A stretch of DNA of 63,843 nucleotides, the filler included, from Saprolegnia diclina VS20 (taxonomy: Eukaryota), in the NCBI RefSeq assembly GCF_000281045.1. It is 7 parts of 4 records of this genome, joined end to end, with 100 filler letters (N's around TTAATTAATTAA, not from the genome) between each part and the next. Parts side by side here need not be neighbours in the genome. Positions count along the whole stretch, not along the records: positions 59,069 to 61,457 come from NW_008246104.1; positions 61,558 to 62,686 come from NW_008246106.1; positions 62,787 to 63,843 come from NW_008246106.1; 4 more parts are not named here. One strand, 5' to 3'. The notes beneath the pieces were generated by a model. The model saw only the letters and a list, made by a program, of their open reading frames with translations. It searched no databases and was not told the DNA's origin. This document shows, in pieces, positions 60,803-63,843 of this stretch. The first letter of the stretch is position 1; each line of letters opens with the position of its first letter. The position numbers and the translations under genes were made by a program.

Positions 60803-61308
60803 GATATGACTGCCGGCGCCTCCTCAGCGAACGGGCGTTTCGTAAGAAACACTGTACAAAACCATCGATGCCTGCGATGATGTAGACAGTGCGCGCGTCA
60901 ACTCTCGACGGTGGTGCAATCGTAAAAGAATGGGCGAGGATGCCATTGGGTTCATACTGCGTCGCTGAAACCATGCATCGCCATGACGGCAAGGCCGCCA
61001 AATTCTATCGAGATTTTTGGAGGCTCCTTTGAAAACGACACAGCGATGGAGTAGATGTAGCGTATTGGCGACGCCACGAGGTCAACGTGTTGCGTCCATC
61101 TCGACACAATACTGTCTTGGCAAACCGCGTCAACCAGTGTCGGTTGCACAACGCGCTGTGGTGCTTGGACGGGAGGTATCTCGACCCTCCGACTCTCAAC
61201 GGCGAGCTGTCACTCGAGTCGTCGATCCACGCGCAAACATGGTAGCAGATATTACAATATGGCTTGGTCATTGGGTTTAGTAGTATATAAAATGGAAAAC
61301 AACATGTC

Positions 61309-61457
61309 TCAGCGGCGCACTTTGGACTTGGTCTTGGTCGTCTGGACCGATTTTTTTCGCTCTTGGTTGGACTTTGCAACTGGCATCGCCGTGTTTTGGC
61401 TCCACTCGTCGTAGTTGACGTTGTTGTACAAATACGCTTGGAGGAGGTACTTGAGAT
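61309..61457 (-). CDS. C-terminal fragment of tandem globin paralog (rest in gap)
   Basis: LKYLLQAYLYNNVNYDEWSQNTAMPV...KVRR* aligns with IKYMLQAYLHDNVDDHEWSQNTAVPV of the neighbouring globin. Confidence 0.8.
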
Positions 61458-62456
61458 NNNNNNNNNNNNNNNNNNNNNNNNNNNNNNNNNNNNNNNNNNN
61501 NTTAATTAATTAANNNNNNNNNNNNNNNNNNNNNNNNNNNNNNNNNNNNNNNNNNNNAAGGTCCCAGCTTCGAAAACTTGCACCTTGACATTTGTGCGCA
61601 GGATAATATTGTGCACTATTCTATCCTAAAGAGCTCTATGGATTGCGTGAGCTCCAAACTAACGCAGAGCCCATAGTCTTTGACGACTACCCTTTAAATG
61701 GTGGGACTATAACACACGTGTGCCTGTTAAATCGAAGAAAGAGAAGAAAAGAAGGAGGAAGTTCGATATGACATGGCGATCTTGTGCAAGCGGTGCTCTG
61801 CGCGCGGCGGGAGCTCATGGCGGATGCTCCTTTACATGCCATGCGTGGTTTACATGCTGGTGTTTGTATACCTGTGTGGCACCTTTTAAATGCGCCTATA
61901 AACTCTAATTTCTACCAATTAACGAGCGTAAAAGCCTTGTAGCCAATGCGGGTGTTGCACTGCGCGAACGCAACACCCGCACTGGTCAGTTTGGCCCGCT
62001 CACGCAGGTTTTTTGACCAATTAGAATCGTTGGTGCCGAGTCCAGAGAGCTGGGTATTGAACTCGAGCGTTTACTCGCGGAGTTCATCAACCCAGCAATC
62101 TGTGCTTACGCAATGATGCTGCTACTTTTCTTCGATAGTAATGCCCTGTGTGCGACCCGATATGGCGGCTCGTAGAGTCTCTAGTTATCACTACCCTACA
62201 GAAGCTCATAGATCACGACGAACTTCTTGAGCATCATGTACTGCCTAGTGTAGGTATTGCTCATGAGGATCGCGAGACCGTAGCTCGCGTTGATGCGTGT
62301 GGCAAGGCTGGCAGCTACCCGTGGAATCGATCGGAGCACCGACCACTGATGAAGAACGATGGACTGTCCGTCAAGCCCTATTGGGTCGCGGCTTTTACTG
62401 AGCGGCAGTAAAGCAAGCTCACTCGCGCTCCATGTCGCCAAGCACGAGTGTGCAGA

Positions 62457-62650
62457 AGCGCCAAAACGCTTGCGCGAAGATCGCGATCTGACGGCTTCGA
62501 ACTTCGTGTTACCGAATTATTTCTTTTAGACCAATGCGGGTGTTGCATTTGGCAAAAAATCAGCCAATGCGGTTGCCCAAAGGCAGTGTTACGACGATTT
62601 TAGACCAATGCGCGTGCGGGATTTCGCCCACCACCTAATTGGTAGTCCCC
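62457..62650. repeat. ~195-bp element end with periodic CCAAT boxes, copy 1 (copy 2 at 63491-63686)
   Basis: agcgccaaaacgcttg...gatcgcgatctgac..cttcgaacttcg...ctaattggt(ag/ca)tccc is shared between the two copies. Confidence 0.8.
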
Positions 62651-62786
62651 TAGTCTTTCGTAACCATACTTTGGATTTTATAACTTNNNNNNNNNNNNNN
62701 NNNNNNNNNNNNNNNNNNNNNNNNNNNNNNTTAATTAATTAANNNNNNNNNNNNNNNNNNNNNNNNNNNNNNNNNNNNNNNNNNNN

Positions 62787-63686
62787 GCCAACTCGTCAAC
62801 TTGAGTGCATAGAGGCGCTTTGTGTTTTCGTTGGGTCGACACCGCCACAGGCGCGAGTTGTGAGTCGCCCACCCGACACCGATCTCTCCACTCGTACTCC
62901 CACGCCAAGAATGTACAGCGAATAGCTGGGTACAGCATTTGTTGATAATCATATGCGCCAGAGCTGCGTTCGAGTTACGCCTCTCCTATCGACTAATGAG
63001 TAGGGCAGTATTCAGCGTGGAACGTTCGCGCAAGGTGTGCCATCGACACCATCCACGCAAAGGACTCGTAGTCATGGCACCTTCCAGGTCTCCCAGAACC
63101 TGGCACAAGGCTGCCACAGGCTTTGGTGTCCGCAGAACGATCCGCACCTTCTCGCTATTGTCGGAAATATCGCTGAAGTCGTTGTCTCTGCATTCGGCGC
63201 CTTGTGATGTGCATCGTATCGACACAAATACATGCCTAGCGCCATCGTCGACCGCCGTGCCGAGCCAGAGCGCCGCCGCAAACACGACTTCGACATCGTC
63301 GTCGTCGTTGAATACAGCAGCCGCCAGGTCGTTCAGCGAGGAAGAGATCGAGTTCATGCAACTAAGGACTCGAGTCAAATCTACTACTACTGTGGCCGTG
63401 GTAAAGGCCTCTTGACGGACTGATCCGTCAGCTCGATCGATACAGGCATCACCTCTTTCACTCGCACCCAAGATACGATATCGACGTGGCAGCGCCAAAA
63501 CGCTTGCTTGCGCGAAGATCGCGATCTGACAGCTTCGAACTTCGGATCGCGAAATTAATTCTTTTCGACCAATGCGGGCGCTGTATTTGGCCAAAATCAG
63601 CCAATCATGGTGCCCAAAGGCAATATTAATGCACTTTTACACCAATCCACGGGCGGCATTTCCCACACATCCTAATTGGTCATCCC
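62787..63686 (-). mobile_element. Degenerate DNA transposon, possibly PIF/Harbinger-like (5' end plus N-terminal transposase remnant)
   Basis: A minus-strand terminus GGGATGACCAATTAGG is followed by a decayed ORF (FSDISD...LRTPKPVAALCQVLG...SNAALAHMIIN) that loosely resembles the Harbinger transposase N-terminus. Confidence 0.4.
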
Positions 63687-63694
63687 GCGAATCC

Positions 63695-63843
63695 ATGTCT
63701 GAGCATTACACGGGGCCGGTGCTCGCCGACTGGGACGACGTCGCTGCGTGGAAGCGCGCCTTCCTCGACGCCGCCTCTACGCACGGTCTGCGCGAGCTCT
63801 ACACGGCCACCGACTCGGACCAAGTCATGTACGAGCGTGGCCG
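63695..63843 (+). CDS. ORF start running off the window; possibly copia gag N-terminus
   Basis: MSEHYTGPVLADWDDVAAWKRAFLDAASTHGLRELY resembles the L..W..W...F......GL pattern of copia gag. Weak match. Confidence 0.3.
   Translation, partial: MSEHYTGPVLADWDDVAAWKRAFLDAASTHGLRELYTATDSDQVMYERG

Noticed and set aside
62610..62654. CTAGT as a Helitron 3' end
   Set aside because: No convincing GC-rich subterminal hairpin, and the second copy lacks CTAG.

Overview
Eukaryotic genomic DNA, most likely from a saprolegnialean oomycete (Saprolegnia/Achlya-like). This is an inference from the GC-rich codons, very short ~40-60 bp GT-AG introns, oomycete Inr/FPR promoter motifs and oomycete-typical families. 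The draft scaffold has seven N gaps, six carrying an artificial TTAATTAATTAA linker. About 25 protein-coding genes can be read. Recognisable ones are a Pho88/Snd3-like protein, alpha-actinin with a head-to-head CH-CH paralog, a WRKY19-like Zn-finger repeat protein, ataxin-10, a TM-ZnF-HECT E3 ligase and a PDZ-like/ANK/FN3/TBC Rab-GAP. Further along are three adjacent MGCxQS-starting genes (two with PX domains), an UNC-93-like transporter, a mucin-like membrane protein, SPPL, a PGAM5-like protein, a mitochondrial carrier, a SET methyltransferase, a TM-PX protein, a TAZ-like finger, Nma111, a GPI-anchored Cys-rich protein, an RRM gene with an inverted broken copy, and tandem globins. Degenerate TEs occur at 0.3 kb (tyrosine recombinase), 26-33 kb (gypsy, copia, hAT) and 62-64 kb (Harbinger-like). 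The best lead for something undescribed is the MGCxQS cluster at 20.8-24.7 kb, which includes a possible AKAP-PX scaffold and an NIW-repeat protein. Next are a PH-like/RVxF/PGAM5-like protein lacking the second catalytic His, and myristoylation-motif globins. No tRNA, rRNA or CRISPR array was recognised. Gene models were spliced by eye, so boundaries of multi-exon genes are approximate.
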